This document shows, piece by piece, positions 1-12,671 of a stretch of DNA of 64,000 nt. The DNA is from Hormiphora californensis. Its lineage: Eukaryota > Animalia > Ctenophora. Position numbers and translations under genes: made by a program. The stretch is from NCBI GenBank assembly GCA_020137815.1, contig CM035356.1:992001-1056000 (forward strand). Reading direction: 5' to 3'. Within the stretch, counting starts at the first letter, position 1. The number at the start of each line of letters is the position of its first letter. Below the pieces are notes generated by a model that was not told the origin of the DNA, did not search any database, and saw only the letters and a program-made list of their open reading frames with translations.

Positions 1-2356
1 TCTCTCTATCTCTATCTCTCTCTCTCTTCTCTCCATCTCTCTCTCTCTCTCTATCTCTCTCTCTTCTTCTCTTCTATCTCGTCAGCTCGCTTATATCATT
101 TCGCCTCTACTCTCTTCTCTCTCTCTCTCTCTCCATCATATTCATAACGTATTGTGCCTGAGGTAAATTTTTTGGTGGTTTGATTCAAGCATTAAGTACT
201 GTTGACTAGGCAACCTCGTGATTAGTTGATAAGAACCAACTGGGTGACGAGGGGTATGTTAAAACCTAGCTTGAAGGGGATAATTTGATGTGTTGATAAG
301 ATATGGGAATTCTCCCGAATTCTCTCAAAGCATGACCATTACAACTGCTACATAGTAGTTTATTAGAGGCCAGTGAAGGAAGGGCAGCTCATGGTACCGA
401 GATAGCAAGATAGATTGTATCTTACAAGAAGAACTACCTTAGATCCCTGTTATACCCAGTACACTAATTTGATTGTTCCATTTCAGAAACTCATGACGAC
501 TGTTGAAAGTAAGAATGTTACAGAGGCTAACCTTGCAGAAGGTATGGATTGTTATTACACACTCTCGAAACGTATTGTAGAGATGATTCTGAGTGAAATC
601 TCTTAGAAAATCATAATAGTTTCCGAGAAATTGAAGTCTGAGTGAGTTAAAAACGCCCAAATTGTTATAATTTGCTACAAGTGGAGTGTTAAAACTTCAG
701 CTTCTTGCTGACATGAGAATACATTCAAAACTCTCACACAACACATACCTATCTTCCTCGAATCTTCCTTGTGTGGCCCACATAGTATTTTATTTTCTGT
801 TCGGTAGATCAACTCCTTCCTCCACACAGGACCAGACAAAGACGATGCAATGGATGCGTTCATAATACACTTTAATATTATTGGGGCTGTCAAGAAACAA
901 TCAAAAACAGCTGTTCCTATCTTCTCAAAACAGGTGAATTCATCAGTGATAGATTCCCACCAGACTACTGCACTGTCAGGTCCCTCTCAGGTCTTGCCTT
1001 GTTCGACACTCCCTTGAACAAAACAACTCAGGCCCTCTCGACATGGAGCCCTCTCTAGAATTTTAACTTTCCTAACTCCAAATTGATTCCCCGAATACTC
1101 CTAGTTTTTACCACCCCTTCCTCCTATACAGGCATGTATGATGAACGCCATGTACAGTCGCCTAAAGGATGAGAATCACCTTCACAGCGATAAGAACACG
1201 ACATCAACACTACACACAACAGTTACAAGCACTGACACTGATGGGGCCTTGGGACGAAATATGGATTTCTCAAATCCAACTCTTAAAATAGGTTAGTTTG
1301 AACTAAAATATCTGAACATTCCTGAACTGCTGCAGCTGCAGCTGTTCGTTATTTCGGCACAAGAGTCACACTGTGTGTCTCAAAGTTTTCTGCGCGCGCT
1401 CGACACACGCAACTTGAACAGAGTGTTAGCACTTCGGTTTTGGTCGCGCACGCAAAATTCACAGCCCTCATGGTTTAAAAAACAGTGTGAGCGCTTTCAA
1501 ATTTGAAGGAACTCGCCGTTTTCTGACGGCGCTGACCTGACACTGTCAAATTAAACGTGGTCTTGCCATGACACACCCCATTTCCAGGGACAAAAGAAGT
1601 TGCAGTGGCGACGAAGCACATCAGCAAGAAAGAGAACATCCGAGGATTGACATTCAGCGAGGATGGGAAAATGAAGAAAATGAAGATTCGACAAGGAGGG
1701 AAACAGGAATTACAATTTGACGTGTAATGATAGACTGTGAAGTTATTAAAATTTCAGTTCTTTTTAGTGTACTGTAGATCGAATTTTACACAAGACTTTA
1801 TTCATGCAACTAGAATAACACGGGGATAGTGTTTGTTTGAGAGCTATGAAAGCTGTGCATGTGGGGCATATACTGTTTCTACCCACCAGCCACCATTTAC
1901 AGGGTTACAGCTATGACAGTCGTCGCCCTGTAGTCGGTCCGTAGTCATCTGTCAGAGAGGGAGAGAGAGAGGGGGGTAAATTAGTGATTTACTGTGGATG
2001 TGATATGTACAGGATAAATGTTTGAAAATAAAATTATTCAATGCTGTTTTATGTTAAAATATGTACACTCTTATTTTGAAATGTTGTATTTTGCTTTTAG
2101 ATTCTTATACCGCTATACAACGAGAGTGTAACTGTTTACATCCCCGGATATATTGGCAATTAAAAATTCACTCCGTCACTAACACTAAGCGTTACTCTTC
2201 CGGGAAGAATGAATCCTGAATTCACAATTAGTACATGGCATTCATCTGTGCCATACCCCAATTTGACAGTGCGCTCAGATGGGGTCGCGGCGCCAGACAG
2301 GCATTCATCAATAGAATATCTGCACTGAATTCAGTAGCAGCAGTTCAGCACCCCCT

Positions 2357-2391
<35 letters not shown>

Positions 2392-2671
2392 CCCCAACCT
2401 AGCCACATGAAAATGTTTCCCCAGCACATGTATCAGTAATCAACTAATCAGTTACACGATATTCACATAGCAGTGTGAACAGCTATGAAACATACTCTAA
2501 GTCTTAAATATCATTTCTTCACAGCTGTTCTTCTATCTCTCTCGCTCTAAGTTACACGTTTTTGCGAGTACCAATCCACTTTCCATTAAAATGATATGTG
2601 GGAACACATCTCACACTCACTCTCACAGAAAAGTGTGGAAAGCAATCTCACGAAGAACTTCTTTTCTTTCT

Positions 2672-2724
<53 letters not shown>

Positions 2725-3083
2725 CTCCCTCCCCCATCCTCCTTTTCTTCCCTCTCCTCCTCTCCCCTCCTCCTCTTCTTTCTCCGTCGTTCCGGGACCC
2801 TCCCTCCCCGGTGTTTTTCATATATTGCGTTCATCAGCGTTTTTTCCTCTCTCCTCTATCCTCGGTCCCCCTCTCTCTGTCAGTTTTTTTTTTTTTTTCC
2901 CCGGGTTTTTCCTTTTAAGAAATGGGGAAAAGAATCTCCGGGCTTTTCTTTCTTTTTTATTTCCTTTTTCTCTCACCTCTCTCTCCCCCTTTTCCCCCCT
3001 TTTCCCGGGTTTCTTTTCCTTTCTCCTTTTTTTTTTTCTCCCCGGGGGCCTTTTTCTCCCCTTCTTTTTTTTCGCCCCTTTGT

Positions 3084-3114
<31 letters not shown>

Positions 3115-3649
3115 CCCCCCCCCCCCCCCCCGGGCTAATTTCCCGTTCAAAACTTCCCCCCTTCCTCTTCCCCTTTCCCTATTTCCTAATCCCTCCCGGG
3201 GGTTTTTTTGTTTTTGTGTTGTTCAATTTCCCTTTTTTTTTCCTCTTTCTCGTTTTTCCTCTCCCTTTTTTTTTTTTTTTTCCCTTCCCCCTTTCCCTTC
3301 TCTCTTTTCCCCTTTGTTTTTTCCCCCCCCCTTTTTCTTTTTTTTCCCCTTTTTAAAACCGGTTTTTTTGCTGGGAAAGGCTTTAACCTTTTTCCCCTAG
3401 AATACCTCTTCCCTCCTTTCCCCCCTTTTCCCTCTCTTTCCCCCTTTGGGGTTTTTTTTTCCTAATGAAAGGGTTGTTTTATATTTTGGGGATATTTATT
3501 CGTTGAGTCCCTTTGTTCATATCATAAAGGGGGTATAGAATATAGGGCTCTCGAGGTTGATCTACCGAACCCTCACAGAGTCACACAACTCGATGGTTAC
3601 TCCTCGACGAACAAACGGCTCGATAACAATTCGTGTTTCTTAGCTAATG

Positions 3650-3990
3650 GGGCAGGGGATTTGAGAAAGTCTCTTTTCTGAACGTCCATCCAGCCAGAGT
3701 TTCCCCTTATAAAAGAGGCTTTCTCAATTCCCCACATCACTCATGAGCTGTCTGGTGGCGCCAGACCCCACTTGATTCTCTGACAGTGCGCTCAGATGGG
3801 GTCGCGGCGCCATACAGCTCTTTTCTGAGCCTCCATCCAGGGCCAGCTAGAGTTTCCCCTTAGAAAAGAGGCTTTCTTAATTTCTCACATCACTCATGAG
3901 CTGTCTGGCGGCGCCAGACCCCATTTAATTCTCAATGAGCGCTCAGATGCAGCTCATGAGGGATATGGGGAGTTGAGAAAGCCTCACCAA
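3650..3990. repeat. Nested direct/inverted repeats built on a short CTGTCTGG..CCAGACAG element (other copies near 2264-2300, 6612-6673, 7183-7234)
   Basis: ctgtctggcggcgccagacccca...gctcagatggggtcgcggcgccagacag recurs across the first 18 kb. Confidence 0.65.
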
Positions 3991-4094
3991 CCACGAATTG
4001 GAAACAAAATAGCCCATATTATGGCCATAATATAGTCGCCTATAACACATTCATTGTAAAATTTTGAGATATAATATAATTATTTAGGTAGCAC

Positions 4095-4810
4095 TGCTTG
4101 TACAACTTATAACACTGGGCAGTGTTATAAGTTTTCACTTATAACACCCCCCCAGTGTTATAAGTTTTCACTTATAACACCCCCCAGTGATACATGAAAA
4201 CTTATAACACTGCTGCACTTAGAACTCCTTACTCCACTGTTTCTGTCACACTTAAAAACCGTTAGAAAGATAAGCATTTACGAACTCCCTCCCTCTCTCT
4301 CTTTCTTCTTTCACACTGTCAAGCCGTTGCAGCACCGAAATCAAGATAACAGTTACAAACTCCCGGACCCACGTCCCACACATTCTTTATCTCTCTCACT
4401 CTCACTAATCTCTCACTCTCTTTACCTATCTCAGGCGTTATCTTATCTTATACTGATATCTCTGCCTGCTACCATATCATAAATTAGCTCTATTGTTACG
4501 CCCTAAAGTGTCTCTCACTCTTGTTTTAAAAATTTTACAATGCAATTTTATTATGCCTATTTTCGTTGTACCTGATGTCAACAATAATGTCCCAGATTCT
4601 TACACTTTTAGACCTCGCAGGCTCGGTCAAAAAGTAAAACTACATCACTCGCAGGCTCGTGAGGTAGTTACACTTAGTGGCACTCGCAGGCTCGTGCACT
4701 AAAGTACAAGAATCTGCCTCGACCTGTGGTCTCGGATCATTATTGTTGTACTTATAACACTCGACCTTCGGTCTCGTGTTATAAGTTTTCAGGTACAACT
4801 TATAGGCATA
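4095..4810. repeat. Unclassified interspersed repeat rich in ttataacac/gtgttataa palindromes and ctcg..ctcg hairpins
   Basis: Multiple cttataacac...gtgttataag units; ctcgaccttcggtctcg; three copies of ctcgcaggctcg. Confidence 0.5.
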
Positions 4811-5691
4811 CTAAAATCCTACAATACCTTATGTTTATAATAGCCACCCAGTTCTCTTCTATGTGGAATACAACATATTGTTGAACTATTACGATAATCA
4901 TTCTCTCTCGTGACACCATTCCTCATCTAGCTCTCCCTCACTCTATATTTCTCCTCCCTATTAGGAAATCTGTTCTTTCCATACACACCTGTCATAGTTC
5001 AGTTCCTATCTGACTGACAATTAGCGAACGAACATATTCGTAACTAGCAAGTTATAGATAATTTCAATAATATTAGAAATCTTGAGCTGTACTGCAACTG
5101 TGTCATACTGTCATATTGTGTATGTATGTGTAAAAGAATAATTGGTTTTTCACAACATGCTCACAGTTACAGTGTATGTGCTAAAAACACTCCTTGCATC
5201 CATAATACACCTTCTCTCAGTGACCAGTGACCAGTGTCATCGCACAATGGAATGAATTTTTCTCCCCGTGGCAGTCGTTCTATGCTATGTGTATACAGTA
5301 CACGTGTGTTTGTTTTGCATCTGCTTCTCTCACAGTATATCATGTGTACAATGTACATCATGTGTGCAGTACATCATGTGTTGTGATATATATTTCCACA
5401 CCTTTATCGACATGACGCTGTATGTCATTTTATTCCGTATACAAAGCTTGTTCTTAATTGTTGTTGCCAGCCCGGTTCCTTCTCGGTTGTGTCCTGTCAG
5501 GTCAATGCTCTGATAGCTTGTGTCTCATCTCTTTCTATTTTAACTTTCCTTTTATTCCGTATTCGCAATCATCTTGTGCATATTGTGAATAACCATACTA
5601 CCGTCATCCCGTTCGGACTAAAATTACTCTGATATCACCTGTAACAAGCAGCTCCCTCTTGATTTCAGTCTCTAGCGTTCCCCGACCAGAT

Positions 5692-7114
5692 ATGGCTGCG
5701 GCCAAGACTACAGCAGCACCCTTATCCAGCCCCGCGGGAGGGGAGGGTAGCAAAAGGTACACGTTCTCAAAGATCGCAACCATGGCGACCTCGTACATTG
5801 GAAAGAGCAAAAATATAACCGGTTCAATTAACCTCCAGGTTAGAAATATTGCCAGTTGCCACACTTTTTTTTCTCGATTTTCTTCATCACCTTGCAAGGG
5901 TTCCTCTCCCCCACAAGACACAAACCCCGTATTTCAGTCATTGAAGAATGTTAGTGAGAATGTTACTAACATGGCTAGTAGCGTCAACATGGGGAATCTT
6001 ACAACCAACCTAGCTTCTATGCAAACTAGGTATGAACAAATGATACACAAATCCTAATCGATGTTCATTAGTATTCAACATCTACTAGCTCTAAATTTTA
6101 GACTAAAATTCATACACATTCTATCTCTGACGTCATATTATCACTACAGAGTGACGGAGATGGCTAGCACGGCGAGTATGGAAAGTTTAAAAAAGGTTCA
6201 AGGGATGGCCACCATGGAGAACCTCAATGCGGCCACTGCAGCGGCCACTGGAGGTCTCCAAACTACCATGTCTGGCCTGGAAGGACTTAGTAAAACTATC
6301 ATGGACAACATAGGTAGGAGCAGGAGTTTCTTTGGGTCGGAGCGCTATATCGCCCATCAGGCAGTCTCCTTCCGATATATGTTCCCTCCCCTTACTCAAT
6401 AAACCACTAAACCACCTTCCCCTTTTCAGCCGAACAAAAGAAGGCCCTTACAAATGAGGAGGTTTTGAAGGCAAAGGGGAACTTCCAGCTGCTGGCAACT
6501 ATTCGGAAGATAGAGTACCAGATCCTCCTTATTTTATTCTACTTTCTTATCGCCTTTCTAATCAACTGGTAAGTAATTTTGATTTGTTGGGGCCGGGGGA
6601 CCGCCCTTACAGTGTCTGGCGGAGCAGACTCCGATTTGATTCTCGCTCAGATGGGGTCTGCGGCGCCAGACAGACAGTATGTGACACAACAAGTGTGACA
6701 AGTTCAGTAACAACTAAACGAACAGGTATTTTGTGAGTGGAGTGGAGCAGACGGTGACGTTGATGAAGAAAAGCAGGGACTTTATCAACGATCCCAATCT
6801 CGAGATGAAACTACGTGACAGTATGATGGACTTGAAAAAGGTAACTTGTAGCGTCACAAGCTAGCCACTTTTATCCTAGCTATAATAATAGGGTCGGCAC
6901 TCGGCACCCAACACTGCAGTGGTTGTGTCACCAAGTACCCAACCTCTCCCCACAGTACGGCGATTTGGATCAATTGTCACAAGGTATCGGCTCTCTAAAA
7001 GATGGGCTAGCCCAAAAGATCCAAGACGGTGCCAAGACGTTAACCGATAGTGCAGCCAGTGTTAGAGACAACGTTGGTAATGTGTTGCACCGTTCTAACA
7101 AGGAGGACCTTTAG
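5692..7114 (+). CDS. 6-exon gene, ~284 aa single-pass membrane protein with Ala/Thr/Met/Ser-rich helical N-terminus and C-terminal KEDL
   Basis: Exons 5692-5838, 5899-6029, 6150-6313, 6430-6568, 6726-6840, 6956-7114 joined by GT-AG introns with consistent phases give one open frame (855 nt). Hydrophobic segment YQILLILFYFLIAFLINWYFV; ends ...HRSNKEDL*. The first intron is 60 nt and in frame, so its acceptor is less certain. Confidence 0.8.
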
Positions 7115-7464
7115 GAGGAACCAGATTTTATCATTTCATGAGTTTTTATCGTTTTGATTGTCAGTGCAGTGTGCGCTCAAATCTGTCAGGCCGATTCTCT
7201 GACACGCTCAAATCGGGTCAGCGCCGCCAGACAGTTTTTTCATTAGTTTGTTACACTTTACTTAGTTGACTGTAAGTTATTGCCGCAGGATTGATGGCAT
7301 TTTTTAATTTATCTGGATGTGAAAATATTGAATATGATACTTTTACTGATTTCATCAAGATGAGATCTATTTCAACCAATATTGGTGTCTTTATCTCACC
7401 ATCCAATGATTCCCTCTCAACCTGATAATGACATTCAGTTGTGACTTGTGCAAGATCTTAGCTA

Positions 7465-7552
7465 CAGTCGGACCCCGATATACCGGGCACCCGATTAACC
7501 GGAATGTGCAAAACTCTTTCCCCGAGCATCCCGGTAAATCGGGGTCCCACTG
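7465..7552. mobile_element. pogo/Tc1-mariner-type MITE (TA TSD, CAGTCGGACCCCGAT TIR)
   Basis: ta|cagtcggaccccgat...atcggggtcccactg|ta. Confidence 0.8.
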
Positions 7553-8284
7553 TACTTCATAATCTTAAAAACTCAGTATATCCTTGCATAAAGAATCTTA
7601 ATTTAACTTAACAAACATACACATACGTGCGTAATTAGCCACATCATCATGTGTTAACATTGTTAACAACAAAAAATTTAGAGACAATTAAGGAACAAAA
7701 ATATAAGTTCTCTTACTGGTAACACTCTGTAGCAAAAAATACATTCTCAAAATACAGCTGGTCTTGAGATTTTAGTTTTGCCAAATATATAACAAGCAGC
7801 TCCAATCAATCACTCTTCTCTCCATAAATAAACACGCTCAATAAATACAGTCAAACCTCGATTAACCGGACTCAGCTCGGGGAAATTGTTTTTGCAGGGT
7901 AAATCGATGTCCGGTGAATCTAGCCATGCTACGTACAGCTGTTGTGTCGTGAGACACGGAACATAACATCGCAAGGTAAATCGAGATTTGATCGCATAGT
8001 TGTTTTCACACAGACACAAAACTGCAAAAATATTTGTTCAGCAAATAATTATTAAATTGTTCTCTCTGACCCATATAAAGATATATGGCTTTAATGCTTT
8101 GCCATCTCCAATAAATTCCCCGATTTCATTTTATTCTGATCAGATAATAATAATAATTGTCTCTTTTTCTCTTTCATCTGCAGCAGAGTTTATAATGCCC
8201 AGCTGGCCCGTGCTACATCGCCCGAATCTGCAGCAGTAGCAGATACCATCCCCTCCTTCTCGCTTTCCCTCTCCCTTTTTCTCC

Positions 8285-8321
<37 letters not shown>

Positions 8322-8453
8322 CCTTTCTCTCTCTCTCTCTCTCTCCCACTCTCTCTTTCTCTCTATCCCTCTATCTATCTCTCTATCTATCTCTCTCTCT
8401 CCCACTCTCTCTTTCTCTCTCTATCGTTCGTCACAAGCATACAATGCTCAGTA

Positions 8454-10766
8454 TCATTCTGTAACTTGACTCAACGGGTTGTACTGTGATGCGAGGTTGT
8501 CGTGTCCAAAACCCGCCGGGGAGACCAGATCGGACGGGGTCGGGGATGCTGAGAATGTGCTGTCCGCACTCTAGGGAGAGAGAGGGGGGGGTTAGTCGTG
8601 AAACACAACCAGCCATGGCATGGGGTAATTATATGGGTTGGATATTTATGTTAACAATCATATCAATAACTTATTAATTGGTTAGTTAACGTATTAAATA
8701 ATTTGGCAATTTGCTAATTGGTTGTGTACCTGGTCGCTCGTTCCACGTCCGTTTCCAAAGTTGATTGTCAGCCTGTGACCGTTATTGTTGACAGCGTTGA
8801 TTAGATGGTCAGCACTCTGGCCCATAATGGCTGTGTGTTTAAACTTCCTCCTGTCTGACAGGACCATGTATCTGATGGAGATAGAGAGGGGTTAGAGGAC
8901 CATGTATCTGATGGAGATAGAGAGGGGTTAGAGGACCATGTATCTGATGGAGATAGAGAGGGGTTAGAGGACCATGTATCTGATGGAGATAGAGAGGGGT
9001 TAGAGGACCATGTATCTGATGGAGATAGAGAGGGGTTAGAGGACCATGTATCTGATGGAGATAGAGAGGGGTTAGAGGACCATGTATCTGATGGAGATAG
9101 AGAGGGGTTAGAGGACCATGTATCTGATGGAGAGAGAGAGAGAGGGGGGGTTAGTATGTAGATAATTACAGCCACGTCATTAGTTAATAGTTGGTATTAT
9201 ACACGTGTTAATGATTAGAAATTGAAATTAGAGATTGGTCTCTAAAACCCATGAGACCAATTTATAAACCTCAAAAAAGTTCTACACGAGACTAACCTTC
9301 GTGCCCCGAAGAATATGATCCCTACTGCAGCGATACAGGAAATAATGACCGCCCCCACGATCAAACCAATGCTGACTTTTGAACGGTGTTTCACTGACTC
9401 TGAGGTTTTCTGCTGGACATCCATGAAACCTGGGGATAGAAATACATGTTACATGATGACAACATGTTAGGTAGGTACAATACTAGACACTAGTGTATTC
9501 CAAAATCCAGCTCCAGCTCCAGACTAATATCAATGGGTAATATAGAATGGAATGTTATTGCCGGTATGATTATTTCCCAAAATGGTAAAGTTTAATTCTA
9601 TCTGTCTATACTGTCAAGCCAATGCTCTGCGATACATTCCATGTTAGAAGTAGCTTTAAAGCGACAAGTCACGAACTAAAGCAGATATATCTCTTTCATA
9701 TTGACCCCAGATCTTTAGCTTGTGACCTTGTTAGATAGGTCCAAACCCAGGGCAATTGGGCCAATTCGAATATCAAACCAAAAACTTTGTTTGTTCAAAC
9801 TTCTCGAACTATGCTAGATCCACAAACAATGCCACAATCATATATCAAGAACTACCTCTTCTCCTGGGCTTAACAAGATCCCTTATTTATATCGACTACC
9901 CTAACCCGGATAAAACCTCCCACCTCACCTCGATATGTCATGAAATCCCACCTCTCTCTCACCTCGATACGTCATGAAATCCACGATATCAGGTTCCTTG
10001 GTGGGCAGGACCCCACTTTGTCTGAGCTCCTTGACAACTCTGTCAGCTGACAAACCAGACTGTTGAACTGTCACCAGTATCACTGACCTGAGTAGGAAGT
10101 TTGGGTGTTACTTGATTTGTGAACACTTCAGACTTGAGAATGAGAGATAATCAGATAATGTCAATGGCGGTGTTTGCCCGGCCCAAATCCTTACCCCATT
10201 CCGGAGAGTTTGGAGTTAATTTCCCGTAGGTCAATAGAGAAATACAGCCGTAATAGAAAGAGTGGTTCCTTGTCCATTGAGATAGAAAGGTGGTCAACGA
10301 AACTGTCCTTTCTATCCGTTATCGTATGAGGATCTTGCTTCGTTATGAAGGCTATCGTGTAGTCAACGTCGTTATCACTTATCTCATTGTCTATAACTGA
10401 AAGAAAAGGTTGTGTTAAGTTTCTCATCCGCATAATTCAAACAATTTGAATAACTTTTTCAGAGTTCCGGCAGTTTACCGACCGTGGGAAATTCTGCCGC
10501 GCTGAGCCGAACACGACCTTGTATTCGCAACACAAGTGAAACCTCGCGCGCTACATTCAAGTGAAGCGGTAACTGCGTCGCGCCGTGGCCCACACAAACT
10601 TCCCCAAATATATGTCAGCTGGAAAAGAAACGAGATATATCAGGCGAATGACATGTTGGGTTGTTTCCAATACCTGAAGAGCACAGAGAACAACACTGAT
10701 CGGGCATGTAAACTGAATTTGGGCATTGGTGATCTTGGCAAACTGTCTCGTGGCATGTTATCGTTC
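8454..10766 (-). CDS. 3' part of a type I membrane protein: C-terminal half of a VWC domain, ~130 aa juxtamembrane region, TM helix, cytoplasmic tail; 5' exons not found
   Basis: Exons 10766-10674, 10396-10195, 10087-9963, 9429-9297, 8871-8730, 8570-8454 splice in phase. GTITCHETVCQDHQCPNSVYMPDQCCSLC matches the VWC end pattern (C..VC....C......CCxxC). TM: VSIGLIVGAVIISCIAAVGIIFFGA, followed by basic RRY. Tail ends GFGHDNLASQYNPLSQVTE*. Confidence 0.72.
8861..9132. repeat. 36-bp tandem repeat x7.5 spanning a splice acceptor
   Basis: Unit ggaccatgtatctgatggagatagagaggggttaga. Confidence 0.95.
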
Positions 10767-11544
10767 CTGTTGAGATAGTGTTAACATGTTAACACACAGA
10801 GACGTTAACATTATCGAAACTGAATCATGATCCAATCAAAATAAATAAACAAGTTTAGTTGTAATTAGAAAACCAGAAACTACAAACTGTGCCCCCCCCC
10901 CCCCGGCCCCACCTTGTGAAATGATTAATATTTCTGCGTACACCTCCGTATGTTACCTCAACCATATAAAGTACATAGATACAGTGTTTTGCATACACTG
11001 TACTACACCAACTCTCGCACCTTCCTCTAATATATCCATATTCTGTAATCACGATTCTCTACAAGAAAATCTAGTGGAATTTAGTGGACTCTTACTTTAG
11101 CTAAAAGCAGCATTTTAGAAGGATACGACAGACATTGATGGATATTTTTAATAGTTATATTTTTGACTTGATGATTTGAAGCCTTACATTAGTTGAAACA
11201 TTAGTTAATGGAATGTGATGATCTAATACCGGCACAAGTACAGTGGAATGGTGAGAGAGATGAGAGACGAGACGAAGGATGGTGCAAGATGAGCGGAGCA
11301 TACAGGGAGAGAGTGAAACGTGAAAAGCGAGAGCTAGGAGAGAGGAGAGAGAGGAGCACATAATCAAACAATGTGATGAGAGATATTGATTTATATGAGA
11401 TATAGAATTGGGGGTAGGTAAGGATAGAGATATGAGTCACTAAAACAGGTCTATATTGAATCCATGTTAGACCATTGGCCAATTATTATTACTTTTAAGA
11501 GTTTTCAAATTAGGTATGTTGAACGTGTATGATAAACAATTCCT

Positions 11545-12671
11545 CCCCCACACCTCCCTACCTCATCTTCACATCTCCCTACCTCATCTTCACACCTCCC
11601 TACCTCATCTTCACACCTCCCTACCTCATCTTCACACCTCCCTACCTCACCTTCACATCTCCCTACCTCATCTTCACACCTCCCTACCTCATCTTCACAT
11701 CTCCCTACCTCATCTTCACACCTCCCTACCTCATCTTCACACCTCCCTACCTCATCTTCACACTTCCCTACCTCATCTTCACATCTCCCTACCTCATCTT
11801 CACATCTCCCTACCTCATCTTCACACCTCCCTACCTCATCTTCACATCTCCCTACCTCATCTTCACACCTCCCTACCTCATCTTCACATCTCCCTACCTC
11901 ATCTTCACACCTCCCTACCTCATCTTCACACCTCCCTACCTCATCTTCACACCTCCCTACCTCATCTTCACACCTCCCTACCTCACCTTCACACCTCCCT
12001 ACCTCATCTTCACATCTCCCTACCTAATCTTCACATCTCCCTACCTCATCTTCACACCTCCCTACCTCATCTTCACATCTCCCTACCTCATCTTCACACC
12101 TCCCTACCTCATCTTCACATCTCCCTACCTCATCTTCACATCTCCCTACCTCATCTTCACACCTCCCTACCTCATCTTCACATCTCCCTACCTCATCTTC
12201 ACATCTCCCTACATCATCTTCACATCTCCCTACCTCATCTTCACACCACCATACCTCATCTTCACACCTCCCTACCTCATCTTCACACCTCCCTACCTCA
12301 TCTTCACATCTCCCTACCTCATCTTCACACCTCCCTACCTCATCTTCACACCTCCCTACCTCATCTTCACATCTCCCTACCTCATCTTCACATCTCCCTA
12401 CCTCATCTTCACACCTCCCTACCTCATCTTCACACCTCCCTACCTCATCTTCACATCTCCCTACCTCATCTTCACACCTCCCTACCTCATCTTCACACCT
12501 CCCTACCTCATCTTCACATCTCCCTACCTCATCTTCACATCTCCCTACCTCATCTTCACACCTCCCTACCTCATCTTCACACCTCCCTACCTCATCTTCA
12601 CATCTCCCTACCTCATCTTCACACCTCCCTACCTCATCTTCATACCTCCCTACCTCATCTTCCCACCTCCC
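11545..12671. repeat. 21-bp minisatellite, ~54 copies
   Basis: Unit caca(c/t)ctccctacctcatctt. Confidence 0.97.

Noticed and set aside
160-893. Short coding-like stretches (possible last exon 487-606; ORF 675-893)
   Set aside because: No recognisable motif, in-frame stops upstream, cannot be linked into a gene model.
2586-3470. Long Phe/Pro/Leu/Ser ORFs, and similar noisy tracts at ~13050-13860 and ~14670-15000
   Set aside because: Homopolymer-inflated low-complexity sequence beside microsatellites; probably poorly polished consensus, so not interpretable.
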